Notes under the pieces: generated by a model
The model's input: the letters and a program-made list of their open reading frames with translations, nothing else
What the model was told of the DNA's origin: nothing
The model's database searches: none
Translations under genes and position numbers: made by a program
Assembly (NCBI RefSeq): GCF_009914755.1
Contig: NC_060928.1
Direction: 5' to 3' (one strand)
Source of the DNA: the human T2T-CHM13v2.0 reference genome, Homo sapiens
DNA: 64,000 nt
Part shown: piece after piece, positions 13,987 to 26,519 of the stretch
Position numbering within the stretch: position 1 is the first letter of the stretch
Layout: every line of letters begins with the position of its first letter

Positions 13987-14814
13987 ATACGTGCTGTGTA
14001 GCATACTAGCCATGTAATAACTGTTAACTGTGAAAGTTTCTAAGAGGTCAGTCATCTGTTTCATCACCTTACTTCAGAAAGGGCTGTGCCTGTATTAACC
14101 GTGGGGCATGGCTAACTAATGTGGTTTCTTACCTCTTACTCTTCCACCTCTTTTTATTCATTGAAGTCACAGTCATAACTAGCCCATACACAGTGCTCAC
14201 TGTTTGCCAAGCATGGTTGCACTTTACACATACTGACTCACTTAACTCTTACAGCATCTCTATCAGATAGGTTTTCCATTACTCTTCACATATTACCTTT
14301 AAATTCCCTTTCTTTCCCTTGCTTCTCATTTAACCCAATTCTAACTTTAAATAAGCTCACCTGTCTTTATTCTTCTATTCTCGTGTTCATACTTCTTATT
14401 TTAATTTTTTCCTGACCCATTTTCCCTACTTGTGTCACACTTTATCTTCTTGACATTTTGCTTTATCTCCCTCTATCACATTTTTCAGTACTTCTGCTTC
14501 TCCTGGAATTTTTAGCTGACAGCCATGCTCTCAAGGTGCAAAAGGTGCTCAAGACTCCTGAAACTGAGCCGCTCACTTGTTCCCATATCATAGGAGTAAG
14601 TGAGGCTGAGAGGCAGGCTGGGTGCCTGGGAAGTCCAGTGGGGGTCAGGCAAGTAACACTTCTAAAGAATAGAGCACTCACCATGTTAGATTGTGTTCAG
14701 AGATAATCACTCAGTCAGTCAGATTGCTATTCAGATTAGCAATCTTGTGAAAAGAAAGGCCCAACCTTCCCTGATGAGTATTTCAAGTGCACCCTCCCCA
14801 GCAAAGATTCTTTA

Positions 14815-14975
14815 GAGCACTGCTTAAGAATCTTGCACTTACATTAGAGTCACCTGGAGAGCTTGTTAAAACAGATCTGTAGGCCTGGGGTGGGGATCAC
14901 AAATTTGCAATTCTAAGTAGCTCCCACGCTACACAGACGCTGTCTGCCCACAGACCACTGTTGGAGTAGCAGTAC
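14815..14975. mobile_element. MER5A-like hAT element
   Basis: cattagagtcacctggagagcttgttaaaacagat...ctggggtggg...cagaccac...gagtagca. Confidence 0.7.
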
Positions 14976-17537
14976 TTTACAGTTTATATATTTTTCTAAT
15001 TTTTGGTTTAAATAATTCTGGATAGAGTTTAAAGCCAATCATCTGTACTCTCCTTCCAGTGGCACTGATCTGCCAGACAACTGTTGAGTGACATTCACTC
15101 ATTAGATTCTGTTTTGTGGCTAAACAACACCAGTTTCTTTAGCTTTTTATAAAATCTATTTTGTAAACCTTGCAGCACTCTTACATCTCTCTTTCATGCC
15201 TTCTACCAGTTGTCTACATCTTCCTCCAGTGTAGATAGGCAAACTGAACTGAATCTCTATATATTTTAAATTGGAAAGAGGTTTGATTCAGACTTGGTTT
15301 TGCAGATTAACTTTTGGTTCCTATATATTTATTAAACAAAATATGTCCTTATTTAGCACTTACATATAATGTAAGTGCTAAATACATATAATGTACTGCA
15401 CAAAGTGAACTGGAGATTTAAAAAAAAAAAAAAGAACTGAGACACAGATCCAGAACTCCAGTTGCTTTGAAACTCAGGAGGAAAATAAAACAAAACAAGA
15501 CAATAACAAAACAAATCACAGAGAAATAGAATTTTGGGAACTAGAGTGGACCAATTAAATACCAAGCATTGAGTAATAATATAAAACTGGAACAGCAATT
15601 CAAGGGAAAATAATTGAGTCAGTCGTGTTTAACTAAAAAAAAATCAGGCCACAGATAAAAATTTTTCATTTGTATATCAGTACCCATATAAATATACTTT
15701 CTATCTATGCCACGCAGTTATTGCTGGATACATAGCCCCTTTTTCGTCCTTATTTATTATATCCTACCTCCTCCGCTACAATTTAAGGCCCTTCAGGGCA
15801 GAGACGATGTCTCACACTTCATATTACCAGCACTTAATATAGCATAAGTATATATTCCCCACTTACTACTGATTAAATATGTGAAAGTGAGTACAGAGGA
15901 CATAGGCTTATTGGGAAATTAAATGGTCACTGTATCATATTTTTTAAAGCTTATCAAGTAATTTTACCTCAACCATATTAAAGATCTTCATAGGAAGTAG
16001 CCTCTAAATCCAAGCACAGTATTCTACATGTAGAAAGACTTTGTTAGCATATATTGAGCTAATCATTTCATTCAACAGGTATTATTTACTGAAAGTCTAT
16101 CTGACCCAGTCATAGCTTTTCAGCACTTACTAATTCACTTATTCCTCCTGGCAACATACTTAGGATACTGGGTAGGAAGTACAGCACACAGTGATGAGAT
16201 AATCTGCCTAAGGTCACAGTGGTTGGCTGGGATTCAAACCCAGGCAATGCAGCCCCTAAGTCTATGCTCTTGAGCGCTGTACTGCATCACCACGCCTCTG
16301 GGAAGGAATGCCTGTTACAGTCTGTCTCCCTGCAACCAGGTGGCATCCTACCTTGCATTACTTGTTTGTGCAGAGTTGGACATTGATGCTTCCCAGGTAT
16401 AAGTGAGGTGTGTGGTACATGTGGGTTTTGGGCTTTGCCCTCACCTAGCACTAAGTTGAAAGTGATTCAGATTTGAATACTGTGGTTCTATTGAGCTTAG
16501 TTTGATGCTAGTTTGAATAGAATACTGGAACTTATGTACAAAGTCTCTGTTAAAATATGTTTATAGTTTCTAAATATTAGATTGGATTTTCATTCTTCAT
16601 TACTTGAAATTTGGTTCTATTTTTGTAAGGGAATTGATCCTACCCACAGTTCCCTCTCTATAGCTAGAATACTATCTCTTGCATTATTTCTTTGTGCAGA
16701 GTTGGACACTGAGGCCTCCAAGGGATAAATGGGATATGAGGTACATGTGTGTTTGGGGCTTTGCTGTGATCTAGCACTAATATGGTTAAAGCAATTCAAC
16801 TTTATACAATATGAATCAGTCTTGGCCACATTTTATCCTACTTTGAGCTCCTAAAGGACTTTATATTATTCCTGTCACACACTGACCTGGATTGTTAGGG
16901 AAGGCTGGTATACACCCAGCACAGCAGGACTGAAATATTTGTCCTGTAAATAAGGAAATAAATGAAAAAATCTGGTAGAATTCTGTGTCACCTGAAATTC
17001 ATAAGCAGACTTTTCTTTTTAAATATAATTGCAGTAATTATGAAAGTATGATTAATAACAGTTCTTATACAATTTTCAGTCTCCTCATTAAGCCCACATT
17101 CCTCTTGGTTATATGTGCAAGGAAAAAATAGGTCAGATTTATATTAACAGCCATCAACTTACAAAGAAAATAGTAAACCTAGAAACTTACAAAGAAAATA
17201 GAAAACCTAGGTCAGGTTTTCTTATTTAAAATTAATCTCTGCTTGAAATAACATATTTAGAAATTGCTCTTAAATATAGCTTATATTCATTTGAACAATA
17301 ATGAATGCATTTAGTACTATGTAGCAAAAATTGCACAGTAAAAAGGAAAATATATAAAGTCTAGTTATTTCAGTTCCTTGAAGGTAAAAAGGTTGAGAGG
17401 AAAAAATAATCCTTTCTGATACCAGTCTTATGATACAATATATGCTCTGTGAAAATCTGAAGAAAAGGTGAAAAATGTAAAAATTTAAAAAATGTGAAAA
17501 CAGTATTTAAAAAAAATAGTTTTAAAGACAGATGATG

Positions 17538-17906
<369 letters not shown>

Positions 17907-18035
17907 TTAATTAAGATATTTATTCTAAATCCATTTTTTGTTTCTATACATCCTTGTATATTTTCAGTTATACTCATTTACATATTCAAGAAATAACAAG
18001 AACAATGTTTAAAATATCACAAGTAAAGGAAACTA

Positions 18036-18114
18036 TTAGGTTGGTGCAAAAGCAATTGCATTTTTTGCCATTAAATTCAATGGCAAAACCGCAATTACTT
18101 TTGAACCAACCTAA
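18036..18114. mobile_element. MADE1 (Hsmar1-derived MITE)
   Basis: TTAGGTTGGTGCAAAAG...CTTTTGAACCAACCTAA, ~80-bp palindrome with TA TSDs at 18034-18035 and 18115-18116. Confidence 0.95.
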
Positions 18115-18340
18115 TATTTTGTTGCTGGATGACATCTAAACAACATTCAGGTAATTCAGCCCCCTTTCCCCTTTCATTTAATTTCCCATTTCTACCTCTC
18201 CTCCTTTCACAGTTACACATTTTAATCACAATGCCCTGTTTCACACTTCCTTGGTCAGCACCGATATTCTCTGAACTATTTTTCCTGCACAAGCACATAA
18301 ACCCATAAACATAAATACACACGCATATTAAACAATCCGT

Positions 18341-18796
18341 CACATGATGGATAGCACGGCAGCCTGGTGACATTGTGGGGACGCGGCTGCACGTGGGCTC
18401 TGACCCAGCTGGCCTTTTCTTGGTGTTGGAGGCCGCCTCTTCCAAGGTTGCTGCACAGGTGGCTGGAGGTGGCACAGTGTGTCGGATGGGCGGTGGTGTG
18501 CATATCCAGTTTCCCCAACTGACCAGATCCCAGGTGATCTAGGCTGAGGTCCTCAGTGCAACAATATGGTTCTGGATTCTCTGGTGCTTTTGTCATGAGA
18601 CTCAGATGCTGTGCTGGGTCACTTTCTATATCCAGAGTCTTCCCAGTGGACAGATGTAGAATTAGGCATCCTTCCTAATGATGAAGACTGAAAGTGTAGA
18701 CTCAGCCTTTACAAGAGCCAGGTGAGCATTTCAAGAGATTGTAGACTTCATATTGAAGACAGAAATTAAAGTTGTTTGGTCAAGAATAATAATAAA
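18341..18796 (+). pseudogene. NDUFB2P1: NDUFB2 (complex I AGGG subunit) processed pseudogene
   Basis: Manual translation: ALTQLA...GGRLF...GGGVHI-QFPQLTRSQVI*AEVLSATIWFWILWCFCH(fs)DSDAVLGHFLYPESSQWTDVELGILPNDED*. Start codon decayed to ACG (18391), in-frame TAG 18540-18542, 2-nt GA insertion ~18597, stop 18689-18691, ATTAAA 18765, A-rich tail, no introns. The P1 symbol is from recall. Confidence 0.93.
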
Positions 18797-19073
18797 GCTG
18801 GGTGTGGTGGCCCAGCACTTTGGGAAGCCAAGCGGGAGGATTGCTTGAGCCCAAGAGTTTGAGACCAGACTGGCAACATAGGGAGACCCTGTCCCTACAA
18901 AAATCAGCCAGGCACAGTGGCACACACCTGCGTTCCCAGCTACTCAGGAGGCTGAGTTGGCAGGGTCTCTTGAGTCCGGGAGGTCGAGGCTGCTGTGAGC
19001 CATGATCATACCAATGCACTCCAGCCTCGAAGAGAGTGAGACCCTGTCTCAAAAAATACAATAAATAAAAATA
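18797..19073 (+). mobile_element. AluJ in the pseudogene tail
   Basis: gggaggattgcttgagcccaagagtttgag and gaggctgctgtgagccatgatc are AluJ-type. Confidence 0.92.
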
Positions 19074-19100
19074 AAACAATCCATTAGGACATACTATTAA

Positions 19101-19150
19101 TGTGTGTGTGTGTGTGTGTATGTGTGTGTGTGTGTGTGTATGCGTGTATA
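19101..19150. repeat. (TG)n microsatellite, interrupted
   Basis: Direct reading. Confidence 0.9.
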
Positions 19151-20309
19151 TACGCATATTTTTTCTCATGGTGTAAGTGCAGTGAGCACTGAACAGAAGT
19201 TATAAAATAGCTTTGTCCTGTGGTCATTAGTAAATCTTCCTGTGAATACTTCCATGAGCCTCTACTGAGATATTGTGACTTCTGTGCATACTTTGTGATA
19301 TCCAGGCTAGTCTATGATCAAAGGATAACAAAGATTGCAGGTAAAAAATTTTGGAGGAAATAATATCCACCCTGATACCACTCTCATGATTAATATGCTA
19401 TGTGCAGACTTCTTGTTTTCTATCACCAACTTTGTGTCCTGGCAAACAACTTTGAATTCTAAGGCTGACAGCAGAATGCTAGTGATAGTGCTGCAACCGT
19501 AGCAAAGAAAAAACAAAAGATGTTTCTGTATGCAAGTTTTACCATGACTTAAAACTTCTTCAAACTGATTGTCAGTGAAAAGTGAGCAAAAATCAATTTA
19601 AGATTGGTGGAAGCCCATTGCCGATATGAAGGGCACTAGTACCATTGCTGACATTTGGAAGGACTGATCTCTAACTTTGAGGAAGGCGGCTGGAAGAAAC
19701 TATTGGTAGACAGTAAGCAGGGCTTTATAAGAGGAATTACCAATAGACAGTACTGGACACACATGGCCATAAGAACCATACTAATACCTGGAAAATGCTC
19801 TTCAGTCTTGTAAAATGCTCTTCATTCTTGTAAAATGCTCTTCGGTTAAAGCTGCCATTGTTGGGAACATGGTTTTTTGCCTCCCATTCATGATGTGTGT
19901 GTATACTTAAAATGCCTTTCAACTCTGGAAGGACCCCTGTGGGGTCAGATTACAGGTATTAGGATAAATTCATGGTTTATGTAATAAACCATGATTTTCC
20001 ATGAGAGAGACACGGAAATAGATATAAATGTATGTACGCATGTGTGCATATATGCATATGTGTGTTTGTATGTCATAAAGGTATTTTCTACGTCTGTCTG
20101 CTGAGATAATCTAGAAGCAATGGCACCCCACTAGCAATTACATGCAAAGTGTCCAGATTTTTATTTCTAAATACCATTCTATACACTAAAAGGAACAGGG
20201 GCTACATAAAAAAAATTATTGATTGTAGAATTGGGGTTGGGAAAGAACAAGATGAGCCTGGAACATTTTATGGTGGCAGCAAGTAAAGAAGTGCTCAAAG
20301 AATGATAGG

Positions 20310-20604
20310 GGCTGGGTGCAATAGCTCATGCCTGTAATTCCAGCACTTTGGGAGGCCAGTGAGAGGATTTCTTGAAGCCAGGAGTTTCAGACCAGCCTGG
20401 GCAACAAAGCAAGACCCCCATCTCTAGAAAAATAAAAAAATTAGCCAGCTGTAGCTACTTGGGAGGCAGAGTCAGGAAGATCGCTTGGCCCCAGGAGTTC
20501 AAGGCTGTGGTGAGCTGTGATCAGTCCACTGCACTTCAGCCTTCCAGTCTGAGTGACAGAGACCCTGTCTCTAAAACAAACAAACAAACAAACAAACAAA
20601 CAAA
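20310..20604 (+). mobile_element. AluJ with (AAAC)n tail
   Basis: TSD caaagaatg(a/g)taggg. Confidence 0.92.
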
Positions 20605-21058
20605 CAAAGAATGGTAGGGACAAGTCAGAAGAACACACAGGTCAGTCTGAAGGAATTTTCACAGGACAAACTGGAACAACCTGATCATCAAAAGAAATAA
20701 AAATATTAATGGATCTAATCCATTGAATAAAATAATACAATGAAATCCACAGCAATATTAATAGGCAGGAGAGAATAGAAACCTTTTTCTTATGATGGAA
20801 ATATAACTCCTTACTGTAGAAAGAATGACTAGAATAATTACCATTTGGCAATCATCATCACAATAACTAATCCAGACAAGAATTATCAATGGATGCTAAA
20901 ACTAACGGTAGAAACTTTGAGGGGTACCAGGATATGCACATAGTCTCAAAGTATTGCCCCAGAAGAAACATATTAATTACAAAAGGAAAATAGTAACTTT
21001 GCATTGCATAAACCTGGCAGACATACTTTAACCAGTTGATCGATATTATCATCACTGG

Positions 21059-21604
21059 TGTCAATGCCTTGTGGCCTAAGACCAACAGGAACACACCTGC
21101 AGTTGAACAAGATGAGTTATTAATTATTGTAGTGACAGAGGATGCACCTCATGAGAAATCACGGGGATATCTCAGTAAGAAGGTGTTAGACAGGAATTAT
21201 AGGATTTGGGCTTGTGTTAGATAATTTTGTGGAGGATTTAAATAATTTCTGGATTGGATGTTCTCAGGAAGCAGGGGTAATTCTATGGTTGGATAACTTA
21301 TTAAATCTAATATAGAAGGAAAGAAGACCAGACTGAAGCTCCAGCTGTAATTGGTAAATAAGCCACAGGCATACTAGCCAGGATCAAGGAATGATTAGTC
21401 ATTTGTATGATGATGACAATGTTTATGGTTTTGTCTATGCTCAGACTTGATAATGAATGGTCTTGTCACAAGGTCACAGAGTGGCCTTGACTGATTGCTC
21501 TGGTTCAATAAAATGGACCTTGACTGGTGTTCTGGTTAATAGTTTATGTTCAACAAAAGAACTTCAAGTCTCAGCTGTGAGTGCCAGTGTATCTCCTAGC
21601 AACA
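21059..21604. mobile_element. Probable ERVL-type solo LTR, family unresolved
   Basis: TG...CA-bounded block interrupting the L1MC sequence; no clear TSD. Confidence 0.4.
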
Positions 21605-23370
21605 CCAAGGTTACCGTGGTATTCTCAGATCCCAGATGTCAGGAACAAATCAACATCACTTGCCTACTGATATCATGCTTTGAAAATGAAACACCATCAC
21701 TCCTGTGACATTCCTGCCCAAAATTAATAACCTGGATCTAATCATGAGGAAAAATGAGAATAATACTAATTGCTGGATATTTTACAAAATAGCATGCCTG
21801 TATTCCTCCAAATGTGAATGTCATAAAAGAAAGACAGATTGAGTAATTAATCATTCTACATCAAAGGAGACTAGCAAGACATAACAACTGATTGCGATGC
21901 ATAATTTAGAATTTACTTTTGCTTTAAAGGACATTACTGGGATAGTTGGCAAATTCTGAATAAGCCTGTAGATTAGGTAATTTTGTACGTGTTAAATGTT
22001 CTGATTTTGATAATTATACTATGATATGTAAGAGAATATTTTTATTTTTAGGAAACATATATTGAAGAATTTAAGGGTAAAGGGGCATTATATCTGACCC
22101 TTTCTCAAATAGTTCAGAAAAAGCCATATATTTGTATATGTATATACATGTATGCACATACACACAAAGGGAAGAATAAAACAAGATTTGGAAAATCTGG
22201 GTAAAGAATATATGAGAATTCCTCACACAATTGTTGCAAATGCTATGGATCATCTGTAATGATGTCAAAATTTAAAGGAAAAAGGAAAAAAAGTCTTCCT
22301 CTTCTGGTGAATTCAATCTTGTTGTTTGACTCATTGCATTCTTAGGTAAAATGTCTATTTATACACATATTTACATCTAAACCTCCTAGCTTAATTTTTA
22401 ATGGCCATGATAAGGCTGACGACTTGTGGGGTTTACTCAGAAGTATATACTTCCTTTAGCAGTCCTTGTATTTGGTAAAATATGTTCTAATTCATCTTTT
22501 CTTCTGTAGATAAGAATTGCTGGCAACATATGCACTAAACTTCGTTTTGAAAAATCCCCTTGATGCCGATCACTGAGAAGTGATCCACAGGTGAGCGTCT
22601 AAGCATTGAACATTTTCTATTCTGTGCTTTTTTCTTTCGTGTGTTGTTGATGTCAGGCTGTTATCAACACATTCTATGAAACAGGACCCTAGGTATATGC
22701 ATTATAACACGAAACTCATTATAACACAGAGTATAGAATTAGGGATAAAATAGGAGTGAAATCATTTTTGATAGCTTCTTAGTGAAACATAATTGTCTTT
22801 ATTTTAATGAGTGTTGTTTTAGAGGATTTGAAGATCATAGAGCACAAGAGAAAACATAGTGCCTTTACATTTAACTTCGCGTGTGTGTGTGTGTGTGCTC
22901 ATAAATGACTTAATTTTAAAGCTAAAGATTATTTAGTATTCTATAGATTAAGATGAATCATTATTTGAGGCAAAGAAAGTTATTATCTTATTAATATATG
23001 GTCCAGAGTCAGCTAAAGTCAGATACTATGGAAGTGGGTTGACATGTGCCTGGGTCATCCTAAGAAGGAAATAAAATCAGTACTTTAGCTCAGTCCATTG
23101 TATCACTTAGCCTTAACATTTGCAAATGATTTTGAAACCTTGCTATATTTAGCTCTTCTTAATTATAATTGACAATTGGTGGTGGCTATATAATTTTTAA
23201 TAAATGCATAGTAACAATGTCTTATTTAGTAGGAGTATCTCTTAGGTTCTCATGAATATGTGACGGGGACTGCCTTACCTTCAGGACTATACCATCGATC
23301 TCACTGGGCCCCATTACCTTGTGGCAATGACCTGAGGTTTGACAAAATTGTAAGAACCAGCCTCAGTAAC

Positions 23371-23550
23371 AGTGTTTCTCAAAGTGTGAGTATTGCCTGC
23401 CTTGGAATCAACTGGGGTGCTGATTAGAATGAAGATTCCTGACTCCACCCCATACCTACTCCATTGGAAACTGATTGTGAGACCCAGGAATCTGCTTTTT
23501 AAATAAGCTCCCTAAAGTGATCCTTAGGTGCCTAATGTATGAAAAACATT
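23371..23550. mobile_element. MER5-like hAT element
   Basis: cagtgtttctcaaagtgtg...gaatcaactggggtgc...gattcctg...caggaatctgc. Confidence 0.7.
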
Positions 23551-24665
23551 CTCAGAACTTGCCTTAAATTAATTTTTTTAAAAATGAATGTACTTTATAC
23601 TCCTCCATCTCTCTCATATTTCTTTCCACATCACATACTTTATCAATATCTCAAATTAAACACATAAGAAAGCACTGAAATAATTTTATTCATTCAAGAT
23701 CTTAAAGTCCAGAACTACCTAAGATATCCTCAGTTCAGCTCTTCTGTAGTTCTGCTCTTAATCTATTATTTGAATCATCTAAAGATAATGAAGTCATTTT
23801 AAGCTATAGTCATTTGATAAGCAAATAATTGTAAAGTTTGTTAAAACAGCTCACATTCTTCAGCTATGCTTCTTGTTTCAGCAGATAACCTGCAGGCATC
23901 ATTGATGAAATTAAAATTAGGGTGAATCATGAGCAGGAAAAGATATTACTTCAGAAGATTATAAGGTCAATCACGAGCAAAAATATATATATTTCAGTTC
24001 CTTTATATGTTCAATTTACTTAGATATTTGTTTATTTTTCCCTGTTTGTGGTAATCCCTAGTTTTTGCATTTTCTTGTAACTAGTTCATTCCTGTAAATG
24101 AAGAGTTTCTAATTCAGGAACTGCTTCTTTTTGCATACATTAATTTGTAAAATTTTTTTCCACATAGAATTTGTCTACCAAATAATGTATTTTACTGTTC
24201 CTTAGTATGCATTTTTGAAATGTACTTATTATCATTGTATCAAATACAATCTCATTTACCCAGAGCATTTAAATAGGAGTCACTGTTAAGAATGTGTGAC
24301 CTGAAAGATAATAATTCTAATAATAGAATGCTCAAAACACCCAGTAATGTTCTATTTTGTGCATCAAAGCAAAATATTGGGCAAATGGTACTGGACTTCC
24401 AGATCAAAGATATTTCTAATTTAAAGTCATTAGTGGATGGACAAAAGAGCTTCAGCTTTAGAAAACTTATTCTTAGGACAAATGCAAAATTGAATCCCAG
24501 ATAAAAGAATACACAAGATAGGCAGTATAAATAAACACCAGCGTGATAGACTGAATACCAGCATTAACAATGTGGTCATTGGAATGTGGAAGGGAGTAGG
24601 TAATTTTTAACAAATGTAGACCAACTATCTCACCAAATATATAACATACGAGACAAGAAGACTGG

Positions 24666-24823
24666 TATATATATACATATATATGTATATGTATATATAT
24701 CTTCTTGTCTCATATATATATGATATATATATGTCTTCTTGTCCCATATATGTATATACACATATATATATACACATATATATACATATATACATATATA
24801 TACACACACACACATATATATAT
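24666..24823. repeat. (TA)n/(TATACA)n compound repeat
   Basis: Direct reading. Confidence 0.9.
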
Positions 24824-26129
24824 CTCCTATAGGCATTCGATGAAGATGTTCTTTTTTCTGTAAAGCATATACTTAAAAACTTTGATAAACTGTGATTTGT
24901 TTAATATATTCACGTTTAGAGTATCTTTCTCTGATGCCCAAATCCAAGCTGTACTATTCTTGTCCTCATTTAAGAGTATCTTACTCTTCTTTTTAAATGT
25001 GCAGACATCTTATTATTTACTACAAGCAATTTGCATGTATAAGATTACATTACAAATACATTATTATAAGCTTACATTACATTGTATACATTATACATAT
25101 AATGTATAAATATTTTTTGTATAAGAAGCAATCTAACAATTACTTACACAATTTTAATGCTTTCATAAGATTCTTGTACTAAATTTGGAGAAATGGAGAA
25201 ATCTGAATATTTTATCTATCTCAGTCAGAGTTTAAAAAATGAATGGTACAGTGACCTAATACTTTGAGCTCAAATTAAATTCAAGGTTTGCTATAAAATT
25301 TTTTGCATTTTAGCCCAGAGGACATTTAACCACTTTCAATTAACTACACATATTTTCTCTTCTATAGTACATACTATGATAATGATATTACAGTGATTTT
25401 ATGCAATAAAAATGTGATTACAAATTTTAACAAATTACTCTGAGCCTAAATTTTCCTAGTGTCTATCATTAATATGATTCTCTCACCAGCATCCTGCCAC
25501 ATGCCTAGTTTGATACTGAAGATTGACAGCACTAAGGGAGAACTTACTGTTATAACAAACTAGGAGAAAGAAAGATCAAGCTTTTGGGAACATGTATGTA
25601 AAATTTTCTACAATTATTAATGCTCTAAATAGGAATAGAATTAAAACTTGTTTTTCATGAAGATTTGTAATATAAGCAAATGACCTACTACTGTCACTCT
25701 GTCAATTTATTACACATCAATAACTTCCATAAATTTCCTGGTTACATCAAGCTTTGAGTCATCTACATGGGCTGGTAGATGACCTCACCAACTGGTTGGG
25801 TTTAGGATTTTACTTCTTCAGAATCTACTTTACAAACTAAAGTGGGTAGGAACAAACCCTTTTTGACTTCACTTCCAAATGTTTCTGGAGCTACACTTCT
25901 TAATCTCCTTCCTCCTTTCCTGTCTCAGAGGAACAGAAGTCCTTCCTCCTCATCAGTTCTAACTTCCATCTGCAGTTTTGATCCCATGGCTTCCCACCTC
26001 CTCTGGACTGATTTCCATCATTTATTTATTTATTTATTTAGCTGTGTTTTTCTTCTCCATTGAGTCTCCTTTTATGTACAAATATCCTCCTGTGTTCTCC
26101 ATTTAAAACAAATTTAAAAATTAAAAGTA

Positions 26130-26508
<379 letters not shown>

Positions 26509-26519
26509 TCATTTTCTTT

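Larger units (their letters stand above)
20000..22285 (+). mobile_element. Old L1 (L1MC-type) 3' region, interrupted by an AluJ and a probable LTR
   Basis: gaacaagatgagcctggaacat, aatggatgctaaaact, taggaaacatatattgaagaatttaagggtaaagggg. Confidence 0.7.

Noticed and set aside
18095-18596. Minus-strand ORFs of 126 and 106 aa
   Set aside because: Antisense to the NDUFB2 pseudogene.
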